Assembly: GCA_038087875.1 (NCBI GenBank)
Contig: CM075990.1
Location: 1,800,159 to 1,864,000, forward strand
DNA: 63,842 nt
Direction of reading: 5' to 3'
DNA from: Malacoraja senta
Lineage: Eukaryota
Shown in pieces: positions 33,211-46,879 of this stretch. How positions within the stretch are numbered: the stretch's first letter is position 1; each line of letters starts with the position of its first letter. The notes under the pieces were generated by a model that was not told where the DNA came from, searched no databases, and saw only the letters and a list, made by a program, of their open reading frames with translations. Both the position numbers and the translations under genes were made by a program.

Positions 33211-36200
33211 ATGCAAGACGACACGCAAAAGAAAACTGGAGGAATTACGTTTTGTAGCTGGAACATAAGGGGCGCTAATGAGCTAATCAAAAGGGGTAAG
33301 ATTCTTGCCCAATTAAAATCTCTTAATGCCAATATAATTTTTTTACAGGAAACACACTTGAAACTCCAAGCTCAGACCAGGCTGAAGGCAAATTGGATCG
33401 GTCAAACATATCACTCCTCCTATCTCTCCAAATCTAGAGGTACCACAATTATAATTCATAAAGGCATACCATTTAAACAAAAGAATACCATATCAGACAA
33501 AGAAGGGAGGTATGTTGTAGTTACTGGAGAGATATACTCTACTCCGCTCACTATGGTAAATATTTATGCTCCTAATTTTGATAATCCACAATTTTTTAAT
33601 AAAATCTTGAATATAACCTCTGAGCTTAATTATCAAAATATGATAATTGGGGGAGATTTCAATTGCATTCTGGATCAATTCCTGGATAAATCTGCGCAAC
33701 AAAAGAGACTTAATATAAAATCAAAATCCAGTGAACTTTTAAATACATATATAAAAAACACAACTATAACAGATGTATGGAGGATTGCAAACCTAGCTGG
33801 AAGGGAGTATTCCTTTTATTCAATGGTACATAAAACCTATACACGCATTGATTATTTCCTAGTGGACACAAAATTAATTCCCTTTACAACTAATCCCAAA
33901 TATCATAATAGTGTCATCTCTGATCACTCACTGTTAACCTTCTTCCTAAAACTAGAAGGAATGTTCAATAAAAAAATCGTTTTGGAGGTTCAATCCCCAA
34001 ATTTTAAACAACCCAGATGGTTGTATATACCTAAAACAACAGATGGAACTATTCTTTGAGACAAACGATACCCCAGACATCTCACCGTCCCTATTATGGG
34101 AATCTTTTAAGGCGTTTATCAGAGGTTCTATTATTTCATATCAAGCATTTCAAAATAATAAGAATAGGACCGAACAATTGCAACTAGAAGAACAAATTAG
34201 ACAACTCGATCTAGAAAACACGAAAGAGCCTACTATAGATAAACACAACAAGACAACACTACTGAAATTTTAATTAACCGAATTCTATCTGCAAGAGTCA
34301 TCAGATTATTTCAAATTACAAAACAGGAAAATTTCAAATTCGGTGATAAGCCACATAAACTTCTGGCTCGTCAGCTGAAAAAAAGTGGAAAAGGATCATA
34401 CTATTCTAAAAATCAAATCAGATAAAGGCGAATTGTTAACGCTGCCTTAAGATATTAATAAAAGATTTGCTCAATTCTATCAAAATTTATAAATATCCAA
34501 AACAACAATAGACAGCATTAAAATTAGAAACTTTCTGGACAACTGTAATCTCCCAAAACTCAATCCGTTGGAACAAGAGCAACTAGGAGAATTAAAGAAA
34601 TAGAAGAGACAATAAACTCACCGAAGAATGGTAAAACACCGGGACCAGATGGATTCAGTAATGAATTTTATAAAGGATTTTACGAGATAATTTCACCACG
34701 TTTATATAAGCTTTATACATATGCATTTAAAGAACAGACACTACCAGAAACATTAACGAAATCAACTATTACACTCATACCCAAAAAAGATAAATAGTTA
34801 GAAGATCCTGAGTCATACAGAGCTATTGCATTATTAAATACAGTTCAGAAAATAGTAGCGAAAACTCTGGCAAGAAGATTAAGCAAATACGTTAGTAAAT
34901 TAATAAATGCAGATCAAACAGGGTTTATACCCAAGAGACATTCATTTAATAATCTGAGACGTCTTTTTAATATAATGTATTCACACAAAATAGAAGAAGA
35001 AGATTTATCAATTGTTTCATTGGATGCAGAAAAGGCATTTGACCAAGTAGAATGGGAATACCTCTTCAAAGTACTGCAGAAATTTCAAATGGGAGAGAAT
35101 TTTAGTTCATGGATAAAATTACTATATGACAGGCCGACAGCTAGAATATTGACCAACCACGTACTTTCTCCGAAATTTCACCTATCCAGGGGCAATAGAC
35201 AGGATTGTGCATTATCACCCCTGCTATTTGCTCTTGTGACAGAGCCTTTAGCGGAAAGTATAAGAAGGCATCCGAATATTTACGGTTATAATACTAAACA
35301 TTCCAATAATAAAATATCATTATATGCAGATGACGTATTACTATATATTACAAAATCGCAAGTTAGTATACCAAATACATTAAATCTAATAGAGGAATTC
35401 GGTTCTTTTTCAGGATATAGAATAAACTGGAACAAAAGTGAAATCATGGCGATAAAACCCCAAGAGTCGATACACCTTTTAAAATTCCCTTTTAGAATCG
35501 CTACAGAAAAATTTAAATACTTGGGTATCCAAGTAACCGGAAAATATAATTTTTTATTCAATGCAAACTTGCTGCCTTTATTTAATAAATTAAAGGCTTT
35601 GATTCAATTCTGGAAAACACTTCCGATGTCTCTAATAGGCAGAATAAATGCCATAAAAAAGATTTTTCTCCGAAAAATTCTCTACTTACTTCAATCAATA
35701 CTGATATATTTACCTAATTTTTTTTTTAACTCGACTCCTACTTCACAAATTTTATTTGGGACTATAAATCACACAGAATTCATAGACGACATTTATGTAA
35801 ACCCAAAGAAATTGGTGGATTGGCACTCCCCAATTTATTGTATTATTACTGGGCAGTGAATATTAAAAATTTAATTTACTGGTTGGACAATTCAGCCCAA
35901 CAGGTAGAGTGGTTTTAGCCTTTTAACATAGGCGCGATCCTTCTCTCCCCAATAAAGTTGAAGAATACAATATACAAGAAAAATCCGATTATTCATAGCA
36001 CCTTACGAATTTGGAGACAAGTAAAACTTACTTTTAAATTAAGAAATCTATCTTTTATTTCTCCTATAGCTAATAATCCGTCGTTTAAACCATCTATTAT
36101 AGACAAAACTCACTGGGAAAGACTAGGAATCAAAAAGATCGGAGATTTGTACGAAATGGGAAACCTTTAATCATTTCAGAAATTACAATTCAAATACAAT

Positions 36201-36955
36201 CTCAGAGGTAATCAATATTTTAGATATCTTCAAATTCGAGATTATTTGAAAAAATATACACGAATATCGAACTCTGATACCAGATATATTAGATGAAGGC
36301 ATTAACAGAAACGCAGAATCAAATAATTTAATATCATACTTGTATAATATCATTCTAAATATAGAAATTCCATTGTCAGATGCAATTAGAAGAGAGTGGG
36401 AACAGGAATTAAGTTTAAAAATTTCCAAAGACAGATGGGATGATTATCTTCTATATGTACATAACTGTTCGATTAATGTAAGACATATTCTAATTCAATT
36501 TAAAATATTACATAGAATATATTACTCGAATACTAAACTGAATAAAATCTTCCCAAATGTATCCCCCATCTGTGATAAGTGTTTATCTCAAGAAGCTACT
36601 ATAACACACTCCTTCGACTTGCATAAAACTCCATAAATTTGGAAAGAAATCTTTGAAATCTTCACAAAAGTATTAAAAACAAAACTGGACCCCCATATAG
36701 AATTAATTATTTTTGGAACAACAGGTGTCTGCTCTGAGCTATCAATATTTCAAAAACGTTTCCTCAACTACGGCCTGATAATGGCAAAAAAACTCATACT
36801 CAAATTTTGGAAAAATGCATCCACCCCAACGCTTAAAATGTGGATTACAAGTATGTCTGAGACGCTACATCTTGAAAACATGAGACTCGTCTTAGCAGGA
36901 AAATCAGAGCAATTTTTAAAGACGGTCTCCTTTTATTGATTCATTACAAGTATAG
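33211..36955 (+). pseudogene. L1 ORF2 (APE endonuclease and RT), multiple stops and frameshifts
   Basis: WNIRG, LQETH, GGDFN, RIDY, SDH; LDAEKAFD, LSPLLF, LYADD, KYLG. Confidence 0.9.
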
Positions 36956-39316
36956 TATGGTGCAACATAACTCTGGAAATAAACCGATTCACGAACTGGG
37001 TGATGGGTGTGGTGAGATATGAAGTAGGTATGTCCACACATAATGGTCCACTTCCACCCCCCCCCCCCCCCCCCCCTTTTTCACTATTTTCTCTTTCATT
37101 TTCGTTCTTTTTTATTATTTTACGGGTCTTTGTCTTGATTTTCTACACGCTATCACTTGCTCATCCCTGGACTACACGCATGGTAGTCTAGGGATTTACA
37201 CATCACTATTTCCTTCACTCTTTCTTTCTCTCGCTCTTTTTCTCTTGGTCTATCCTTCTTGTTAAAATTAAAATAGAAGTTGTACATGAAATGTATTTTG
37301 TCATATGTCATGGTTTATACTACTGTACACTACTTCTAATAAAAATACAACAACAACAAAAAGGAAAGGTCCAATGTTCCTTCTGCAGAATGTGTGAACT
37401 CAAATAAATTGCTTGTATCCCCGATGAAAATACCTGCGGAATTTGTGGCCAGGTGCAGCTCCTTAGAACTGCATTAGGGGCCAAATGTTGCAGCTGAGCG
37501 ATCTCGTGTTCATTTGGTAAAATTATCGCTTCTTAGATTGGCGTTGTCGGGAGATGGTCATGGCTAAGATACAGGAAGAGAGTTGCTGGGTGACAACGAG
37601 GAAAAGCAAGTAGACAGAGAGTGCAGGGGACACCTGTGGCCATTATCATTCAAAACAGATGTGAGCTGTTGGATATAATTGGGTTGGATGACCTGTCAGG
37701 ATTGTTCAGCAGTAGCAGTCATGGCTATTCTACCGAGCATGGCTCTGGGGCAAAGCGGAAAGGATATTGTGGGTAGAGCTATGGTGGTAGTAAAATCTTT
37801 AACTAGGACAGCAGACAGAAGATTCCGTGGCAGCAACGGCGAATCCAGAATCGTGTGTTACTACCCGGTACGCGGGGCCAAGCTGTTCCGGACATGGGTA
37901 GGAAAATGGATTGTGTGCTGCTAAATGATTTTGGGAGTTAGGCAAAATGTTAAAAAGCAGGTCCTCCAGGGTAGTGATTTCCGAATTACTACTGGTGCCA
38001 TGTACTAGTGATAGTAGGAATGGGAAGATAGGACCGATGAATGCATGGCAGATGATTTGGTGCAGGCAGCAGGGACCATTGGGATCTTCTCTGGGGCAAA
38101 AGTGACCTGTACAAAAGAAATGGGTGGCACGTTAACAGGAGGAGATGCCGCCCCCCTGCCAATCTTGTGTACACCCACCGGAGGAGCACGAGCAGAGCTA
38201 GGATATTTTCTAGCAGGTAGATTTGCTCGTGCTACATGGGTGAGTTTGCACAAGATGTGCAGGGCGGGATCCACTGCATACAGGATGCAGGTAAGAGGTT
38301 GGACGTCAGTATATAATGTTATGAAAGAACTTTCAGAGTACAAAATAAGCAGGAACACGACATGGAGCGATGACCGACTGTTGGATTCAATAACATTCAT
38401 TTTAAAGCGAGTCTGCCTGGCAGGTAGGTCGGATGAACTCAGCACGTGGATAGCTTCGTTCAGCTGGCTAACAGAGGAAAAGGACTTGATACCAATATTC
38501 CAGGTTAGGTGTGCTACGGGAGAGATAGAGATGGGAGTAAAAGAGAAGAGGGAAAGTCACAGTAGTAGTCAGAGGTGAAAGTATTGATGGTTCGTCCAAT
38601 GAGGTTATATGCGTGGAACTGATGAATAAAAAGGGATACATCACCTTGTTGAGAGAGCACTGTGCTGCTAAATACTCAATGGGAATTAGAAGATGAAATA
38701 CTCCAGCAAATTGCAAGCAGCTCTAAAACTGATAGGATATCATCGAAGGCGATGTTAATTCTCCCAATTTCGACCGGGGACTGGGGCGGGAGCGGCTACA
38801 TTCCCGTGCAGGTCTATAGTTCCTACCCACTGCTCAAACCAACGACATAGACGAGGTGGAATTAGTCAAATTAGTTCAGGAAAATGTGGTTGGGAAATAT
38901 TTAGAGGGCCCTACACCGGAAAGGGCAGAGATTAATCTATTCTTGGAAAACTGGGGAGGGGAGGGGAAGTGACCGTATTGTCCATGGGTGAAACTTCGAG
39001 ACCAGCGACCGCTGTTCTATAGGTTTAAAATAGTTGTGGATAAAGATAGTGCGGCTCCATAACGCAACATTCTGAAATGAGGCAAGGCCAACTTTAATGG
39101 TATGATACAGGAACTCGCTTAAGTCGATTGGACTACGTTGTTCGTGTACAAAGGATAATTCTGAAAATTGGATGATTTAAAGTGTGATAACAAGTGTTCA
39201 GGGCATGTGTGTTCCTGTTTGGGTGAAGGGCAGGGGGGAGTAATGAAGCTTAGATGACGACGGAAATTAAGACTCGTGTGTATGGGGGGGGGGGGGGCGG
39301 GGAGGGACGAGGCACA

Positions 39317-42300
39317 TGTAATCACTCAGGATCCGTACATAAGTATAAGTTGTTCATTATAGTAAACACATAGAGCTCAAATACGTAGGTGTCGTAAGCT
39401 CAAACTCAACAACGAATCTAACTAGAGGCTGGACAAACAGACTAGATAATAGGAGACACTCAACCAGGTGACTGTTTGAGTATACAGCGGTATGCAGTAA
39501 AACATGACATGGATCAGGTCAACTAATACTGACCGTTCTACATCCTCCTAAAGTATAATAAATCATGCAACTAAATAAGCATATAACTAAAACTTCCAAT
39601 GTATAGTCGCTTTATAAATCGCAACTAATCCGTGAATAATAATGTGGCCTAAGTAATCGAAGCCTGTAATCAGTATTTAATATAGTCTTAGTATTTAGGG
39701 TTAGGCCGAGAAAGCCGTCCTATACGCGTACGGAACAGGCCCTCTGCTGGAGGGGCGGGTGACATCATATCTGGTGGTGGTTCAACAGAATTAGTAAGAG
39801 ACATCATGGGTGACATCACCGGTGGTCTCATAGGTGATTTCGGCAATAATACCGGTGGCTCTTTGGCCATTGGGGGGCCATTACGATTTGAACCCACAGT
39901 CCCTGCATTAGTCTTTGGCACAAAGTCCTGAACACTGACGTAGCCATACGAGAACTGCTGAGATGGGGAACAAGGACATGGCAGACCAATTGAATAATTA
40001 CTTTGGTTCTGTCTTCACTAAGGAAGACATAAATAATCTGTCGGAAATAGCAAGGGACCGGGGGTTAAATGAGATAGAGGAACTGAGTGAAATCCAGGTT
40101 AGCCGGGAAGTGGTGTTAGGTAAATTGAATGGATTAAAGGCCGATAAATCCCCAGGGCCAGATAAGTTGCATCCCAGAGTACTTAAGGAAGTAGCCGCAG
40201 AAATAGTGGATGCATTAGTGATAATTTTTCAAAACTCTTTAGATTCTGGAGTAGTTCCTGAGGACTGGAGGATAGCTAATGTAACCCCACTTTTTTAAAA
40301 AGGGAGGGAGAGAGAAAACGGGGAATTACAGACCAGTTAGTCTAACATCGGTGGTGGGGAAAATTCTGGAGTCAGTTATTAAAGATGAGATAGCAGCACA
40401 TTTGGAAAGTGGTGAGTTCATTGGACAGTCAGCATGGATTTATGAAAGGTAAATCATGTCTGACGAACCATAGAATTTTTCGAGGATGTAACTAGTAGAG
40501 TGGATAAGGGAGAACCAGTGGATGTGTTATATCTGGACTTTCAGAAGGCTTTCGACAAGGTCCCACATAAGAGATTAGCATACAAACTTAAAGCACATGG
40601 TATTGGGGGTTCAGTATTGATGTGGATAGAGAACTGGCTGGCAGACAGGAAGCAAAGAGTAGGAGTAAACCGGTCCTTTTCAGAATGGCAGGCAGTGACT
40701 AGTGGGGTACCGCAAGGCTCAGTGCTGGGACCCCAGCTATTTACAATATATATTAATGATCTGGATGAGGGAATTGAATGCAACATCTCCAAGTTTGCAG
40801 ATGACACGAAGCTGGGTGGCAGTGTTAGCTGTGAGGAGGATGCTAGGAGGCTGCAAGGTGACTTGGATAGGTTGGGTGTGTGGGCAAAGGCATGGCAGAT
40901 GCAGTATAATGTGGATAAATGTGAGGTTATCCACTTTGGTGGCAGAAACAGGAAAGTAGACTATTATCTGAATGGTGGCCGATTAGGAAAAGGGGAGATG
41001 CAACGAGACCTGGGTGTCATGGTACACCAGTCATTGAAAGTAGGAATGCAGGTGCAGCAGGCAGTGAAGAAAGCAAATGGTATGTTAGCATTCATAGCAA
41101 AAGGATTTGAGTATAAGAGCAGGGAGGTTCTACTGCAGTTGTACAGGGTCTTGGTGAGACCACACCTGGAGTATTGCGTACAGTTTTGGTCTCCAAATCT
41201 GAGGAAAGACATTCTTGCCATAGAGGGAGTACAGAGAAGGTTCACCAGACTGATTCCTGGGATGGCAGGACTTTCATATGAGGAAAGACTGTATAGACTC
41301 GGCTTGTACACGTTGGAATTCAGACGACTGAGGGGGGATCTTATAGAAACTTACAAAATTCTTAAGTGGTTGGACAGGCTAGATGCAGGAAGATTATTCC
41401 CGATGTTCGGGAAGTCCAGAACTAGGGGTCACAGTTTAAGGATAAGAGGGAAGACTTTTAGGATGAGATGAGGAAATCATTTTTTACACAGAGAGCGGTG
41501 AATCTGTGGAATTCTCTGCCACATAAGGTAGTTGAGGCCAGTTCATTGGCTATATTTAAGAGGGAGTTAGATGTGGCCCTTGTGGCTAAAGGGATCAGGG
41601 GGTATGGAGAGAAGGCAGGGATGGGATACTGAGTTGGATGATCAGCCATGATCATATCAAATGGCGGTGCAGGCTCGAAGGGCCGAATGGCCTACTCCTG
41701 CACCTATTTTCTATGTTTCTATGTTTCTATGTTCTTGGTTCGCTCACCGGCATGATATGTTTTCTATTGCGCCTGTAAATTCCTCCTTCGGAACGGACTA
41801 AATATGAACGTGATTCCAGGCAAGTTTTTGCCTCTATGCCTATGTGGCCATGTCCTTTCTCTGTTTGTAGGCGGACCGATTGTCCGGGAGACCAAGACGA
41901 GAGGGGGCAGCTGGTTTGGTCGTAATATGTTTTTTGAACTTACCGTTTGTGTTATAGTTGAGCCTGGATAGCGAGTGGTACAGGAACCTGAGGTTTTAGC
42001 AGTTGCTTAACTACTGGAATGGAGTGCGGGTTTGTCTGGACATCAAACGCTGTGCAGGTGAACCTAACACTGCGTTTCGCGAAACGTTGCGTAAGTTGAG
42101 AACGTCCAGGAAGACATCAGACCCCGCCCTTTTAGATTTTTCCATCACCTGTTTCACACTGCGAACGGCTCTTTCCGCTAACCCGTTCGACTGCCGATAT
42201 TCCGGGCTGCTGGTGACGTGTTTGAAATCCCAGCGTTGGGCAAAATCTTTGAAGCTTTGGCTTGTAAATTGTCCTGCATTGTCCGACATGAGAGAGAGAG

Positions 42301-42860
42301 GGGGGCCCCATGAACTGACAAGTGTCTTGCAAGTTCACGAATAACTGCCGCCCATGAGGCAGTGCGGAGCAAATTGTTGTATTCGAGGGCTAAATAATTC
42401 ACAAACTACACTTGGTGTCCAGAACCCGAAGTGTATTTATTACAAATCAATTTCAAACCAACTGTAGTAGGAGTCCACTAGAACCAGGTACTGGTTGCCA
42501 TTCCAATCGAAAATGTCAGTCGCCAGTGTTGTCCACGGTAGATCAGGAACCGGGTGATGCAGTGGCGGTTCCTTCTGCTGGTGCGCTGCCAGACTGTTAG
42601 ATACCGCACACGACTGCGTCTTCTGGCGCACATAGTCCGACATGCCAGGCCAGAAGAACATGCTCTTGGCCTGTTGCACCGTTGCCTCTGAACCAGGGTG
42701 CCCTCTGTGTATGGCATAAAAGTACTCTTGCTGTAGTGAAGCTGGGACCACTGCTTTGTGGCCCTTCATAATAACTCCGTTCTCGTTAACCAGTTCGTCT
42801 CTGACGGGAAAGTTTGACTGCACCGAAAGTGGAAGTGAGTGCTGCTTGTTAGTAAAAATA
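39317..42860 (-). mobile_element. Truncated Gypsy element (integrase and 3' LTR 39317-39542) split by a CR1
   Basis: HRGHPG..C zinc-finger region, LVDSY, SDNAGQF, QSNGLAERAV, RTRIGR; TG..CA LTR next to a purine tract. Confidence 0.85.
39960..41732 (+). mobile_element. 5'-truncated CR1 with well-preserved RT (ORF 40500-41471)
   Basis: [25 protein letters not shown]; (TTCTATGT)n tail. Confidence 0.93.
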
Positions 42861-44440
42861 GTTATCAATAATTACAGCAGGATGGTGATCAGTTGGGCAA
42901 GTGAGTATATGGACAAGTGGGCAAATGAGTATTTAATGCAGCTTTATGCAGATAAGTGTGAGGTGTTTGATTTGGAGAATTTGAACCAGGGCAGGATTGC
43001 ACAGTGAATGGCAGGGCCCCATGGTGTGTTGTAGAGCAGATGACTCTAGGTGTGCAAGTACATAGTTTCTGGAAAGACCCGTCACAGGTGGAAATGATGG
43101 TCATGAATGCTTACAGAACATTGACCTTCATCAGCCTGGACACTGAGTACAGCAATTGGGATGTTATGTCACAGTTGTACAAGACGCTGGAGAGGCTGCA
43201 TTTGAAATTGTGTGCCGCAGTAGTCACCTTGCTCCAGGAAGGATGTTCCTAAGCTGGAAAGAACGCAGAGAACATTTACGAGGCCGTGCCAGAAATTAAG
43301 AACATGAGCTATAGGGAGAGTTTGGGCAGGTTAGGACTATATTCCCCACCATGACAAGGTGACAAATTATTGATGTAGATGACAAATTCACTGTGTAGGT
43401 CCAGCCCTTGTTAGACTTCCCAAAATACAACACCTCTCATTTCTCTACCATTCACTGTGTAGGTCCTGCCATCGTTAGACGTCCCAAAATGCAAGACCTA
43501 TCTTCATTAAATTTCATCAACCATTCCTCAGCCCACCTGGCCCATCGATCAAGATCCTGCTGCAATTTTTCACAACTGTCTTCACAATCTGCAAACCCAC
43601 CCACTTTCGCAACAGATGGATAAATGGATGGATGGAATGAGACAGGTACACAGAGGTAGACATTGATACAGGCACACAGAGAGAGACAGACAGACACAGA
43701 CACATACATTTGTCATCTACATCAATGATTTGGATGTGAATATTCAGGGCAAGAATAGCAAGTTTGCTGATGATACAAATGTGGGTGATTTTGCAAATAG
43801 TGAAGCTGGTTGTGAAAGATTGCAGCTGGATATGGATCAATTGGCCAGGTCGGCTGAGGAATGGTTGATGTAATTTAATGAAGAGAGGTATTGCATTTTG
43901 GGGAGTCTAACAATGACAGGATCTACACATTGAATGATAGGTCTCTGGAAGTGTTGTAGAGCAGAGGGATCTCGGAATGCAGGTGCGTGGTTCAGTGAAG
44001 GTGGAGTCGCACGTAGGAGGAACTAGCCCATCATTTGAGAAACAGTTAGACCGGTTCTTGGATAGGACAGGTTTGGAGAAATATGGACCAAACGCGGGTA
44101 GGTGAAACAAGTGTAGCTGGGACGTGTAGGCAGGTGTGGGGAAGATGGGCCGAGAGGCCCCTTTCCACACAGTATCATTCTATGACTATAACATCTCTGG
44201 CTCTATGACTATCTCTGTCCTTTTGTCGGTCTCCTGCGTGTCTATTTATCTACGTATTGGTGTACCTCGATCTTTCCCTCTTCGACGCGGTCGTGACAAT
44301 TAAGAGATGTTTAGTTAGGTGAATGGATATAAAGAGAACGCAACGATATAGATTGTGTCGGAGCAGAGGAGACTAATTTGACTTGGCATCATGTCAGCAT
44401 GGACATTGTGGGCCGATGGGCCTGTTCCTGTGCTGTAGTT
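42860..44440. mobile_element. Mosaic of CR1 RT/3' fragments in both orientations with short microsatellites
   Basis: Degenerate CR1 motifs and (CTATGA)n tail. Confidence 0.7.
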
Positions 44441-44620
44441 ATTTATGCTTTGTAGGTGCGGGTTTATGCTGTCATTTTAATCTCCGCTTCAATGTTTGTT
44501 TCCTATTGTATCGAGTACTACCATAGATAGATCGAGATCTGGGTGGTGGAAGAGTGGAACGGGTCAATTCTTCTGGAAACCAGCAGACAACGAATATAAC
44601 AATATGCTAATGAAATGAAC

Positions 44621-44626
44621 TTTATT
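44621..44626 (-). terminator. Polyadenylation signal AATAAA of the beta-defensin gene
   Basis: ~115 nt downstream of the stop codon on the minus strand. Confidence 0.7.
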
Positions 44627-44741
44627 GAACACAATTTACAGTATTACTCGAACAAAGCTTTGCGAGTATGGAGAATGGTTACTATGTTGGATTCCAGGAA
44701 CAAATCCCGGAGTCGCAGCTGACGTGGTGTTGTTCAGCTCC

Positions 44742-44860
44742 TCATTTTGCGAAGCAGCAGGCGTGCAACCAGCCGCACACACCCCTTACGGCGAATTCGT
44801 ACCTCTTACATAGATATATTCGGCAGATCCCATTGAATCGGTTGCATATTTTCCCGATAT
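44742..44860 (-). CDS. Beta-defensin exon 2, mature peptide (D)IGKICNRFNGICRIYLCKRYEFAVRGVCGWLHACCFAK*
   Basis: Polypyrimidine tract and cag acceptor (44863-44861); C-X6-C-X4-C-X10-C-X5-CC with GxC motifs; stop TGA 44744-44742. Confidence 0.9.
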
Positions 44861-45053
44861 CTGAAACAGGCAGAAAATAACAGTAATTGATTTTTGATTC
44901 TTTGCATTAGGGACAATGAGAGCCCAGGAAATGGTGAAACATCCGATTTCGGAGCTACGTACCTGTATGTTCACAGACCGATACACCAAGGACATTCCTT
45001 GGGCAGCTTACAAACCAGTGATCTGATCATCGGCGATCACTCGAAACGAGTAT

Positions 45054-45930
45054 AGGGAGGTTTCACGGCAGTCGGGTCACGACCCCATGACCCGTCCTGT
45101 TGCTACGCTACGCCAAGTGGAGTACACGCGATGAACTGCAGGCAGGCACTTACCATTGTTTCCAGCGTAGCGGGCCCGCTAAAACCCGCCGAAATGGTCA
45201 ATTTTTGCGCTGTAAATAATTATGGAAATCGGGATAAGCGTGAGAGACATTTAGCCAACTTCAGAATTCAAAAAGTGAGGAGAAATGACGGTAGATTGAA
45301 GCGAGAGCTGAAAGGAACAACAACAGCCAGAGTGCTTGGCGAACATTGGCCGTTTGCTCACTGCATTTCATCAACTAAGGCATTATTTGTGTTTTTTCTT
45401 GATTCCTTTGGTATCTAAAAAGTTTCAGAAGGGATAATCGCCCCTGGTTCTCGTGCGTTTTTACATACAAAAATAAAACGCCTCTGAAGCAAAATTTACA
45501 ACCAGATTTCCCACTTCTGAGACTTTTTAGATACCAAAGAAATAAAAAAATAAAAAAATAATGCCTTACCGTTAATGAAATGCAGCGAACAAACGCAATA
45601 AATCCCGATATTTTCAATTCCGATATCTGCACGGCCAATGTTCGCCAAGCACTTTAGCTGTTGTTGTCCCTTCAGCTCTCGCTTCTCTTTACCTTCATTT
45701 CGCTTCATTTTTGGAATTCTGAAGTTGGGTACATGTCTCTCACACTTACCCCGACTTCCACAATTTTTTACAGCGAAAAAATTCAACATTTTGGCGGTTT
45801 TTAACAGGTAGGAAAGTACGCGTTTCTTGTATTAATAACATATACCGGAAGTGACGGATGTCTTCCAGATGGATTGAGCGGCTCCGTGCGTCAAGCCCTA
45901 TGACCCGGTGACCGTACGTGCAACCCCCCT
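45054..45930. mobile_element. Palindromic MITE with two inverted THAP-domain remnants (ISL2EU/Harbinger-like)
   Basis: TIRs AGGGAGGTTTCACG / CGTGCAACCCCCCT with AT flanks; arms encode MVNFCAV..FRI.K (plus) and MLNFFAV..FRIPK..LANI.R..VCSLHF (minus). Confidence 0.75.
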
Positions 45931-45934
45931 ATAA

Positions 45935-46437
45935 CTGTCTTCTCATGGAGGACGCATGTGCGTGACTTTGTTTAACATGGGGAGACTGGTGCACACAGCC
46001 ACCACACGGTCCTTGACATATCTGAGTCAGAATCCAGTGGCATGGAATCCAAGACGACCGGGGACCCTTTCCTGTTGCAGCCTTCATCCGCCTTCCCAGC
46101 CGTTGTGACGGTCCACTAAAGTCAGCCATCATCCTCCGCCTGTTCCACCATTGAGGTCTTGGTTGGATTGCTTTTAGTCAGAGACCTCCCCCTCGACCTT
46201 ACCGCCATGGGTGACCCTACCAGGAACATATCCCAGGGGATATGGGGAGAAGGCAGGAACGGGGTACTGATTGGGGATGATCAGCCATGATCACATTGAA
46301 TGGCAGAGCTGGCTCGAAGAGCCGAATGGCCTACTCCTGCACCTATTGTTTGTTGTCTATAGCACCAGACGGCATCGCTCCCAGGATCTCAGGACCACGC
46401 AAGTTTCTCCACCACGACAAGGTGACAATCCACGGAG
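45935..46437 (-). mobile_element. RTE/BovB-like 5' UTR-derived element, with a CR1 tail inserted at ~46230-46360
   Basis: Minus strand starts GGATTGTCACCTTGTCGTGGTGGAGAAACTTGCGTG..GATGCCG..GGTAGGGTCACCCA, resembling RTE-clade 5' ends. Confidence 0.6.
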
Positions 46438-46444
46438 ATAGATC

Positions 46445-46825
46445 TGAATATTGATTTATCTAACTTCAAGTAACCCCTGCTTTCCAGCTTCCTCCATCCC
46501 TCCCCCATCCCAGTTGTACCAACTTCAAATTTGTCGTGTTGAGTCTCATTGGCTGTACTCGATCTCACCTAACAAACAGCAAACGATGGTCTGTTTCCTT
46601 TATTATCGTTACTTTTTTACTTATCTTTCATTCATCTGTTCTATATCTCTCTACATCACCGTCTATATCTCTCTTTTCCATTGCCCCTGCCTCTCATTCT
46701 GAAGAAAGGTCTTGACCCGAAATATCACCTATTCCTTTCTTCAGATATGCTGGCTGACCCGCTGAATTACTCCAGCTCTTTGTGCCTTTCTTCAGTTTAA
46801 ACCATCATTGCATTTCTTCCTACAC
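46445..46825 (+). mobile_element. Penelope 3' end fragment with hammerhead-like motif (~46697-46730)
   Basis: Homologous to 27320-27975. Confidence 0.7.
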
Positions 46826-46879
46826 AGCAAGGAATTACGGCATTTGCCCAAATTGATAAGCAGACTCTTTGTATTGTGG

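Larger units (their letters stand above)
30975..37362 (+). mobile_element. Full-length but disrupted L1-clade LINE (~6.4 kb)
   Basis: ORF1, ~1-kb spacer, ORF2, AATAAA and A-rich tail; 14-bp TSD G(A/G)AAAGGTCCAATG at 30961-30974 and 37363-37376. Confidence 0.93.
30687..39270 (+). mobile_element. Old, heavily decayed CR1 (5' UTR, ORF1, APE) split by the full-length L1
   Basis: Cys-rich ORF1 start at ~37370, RTADRRFRG..SRIVC esterase remnant, APE remnants to ~39270. Confidence 0.65.
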
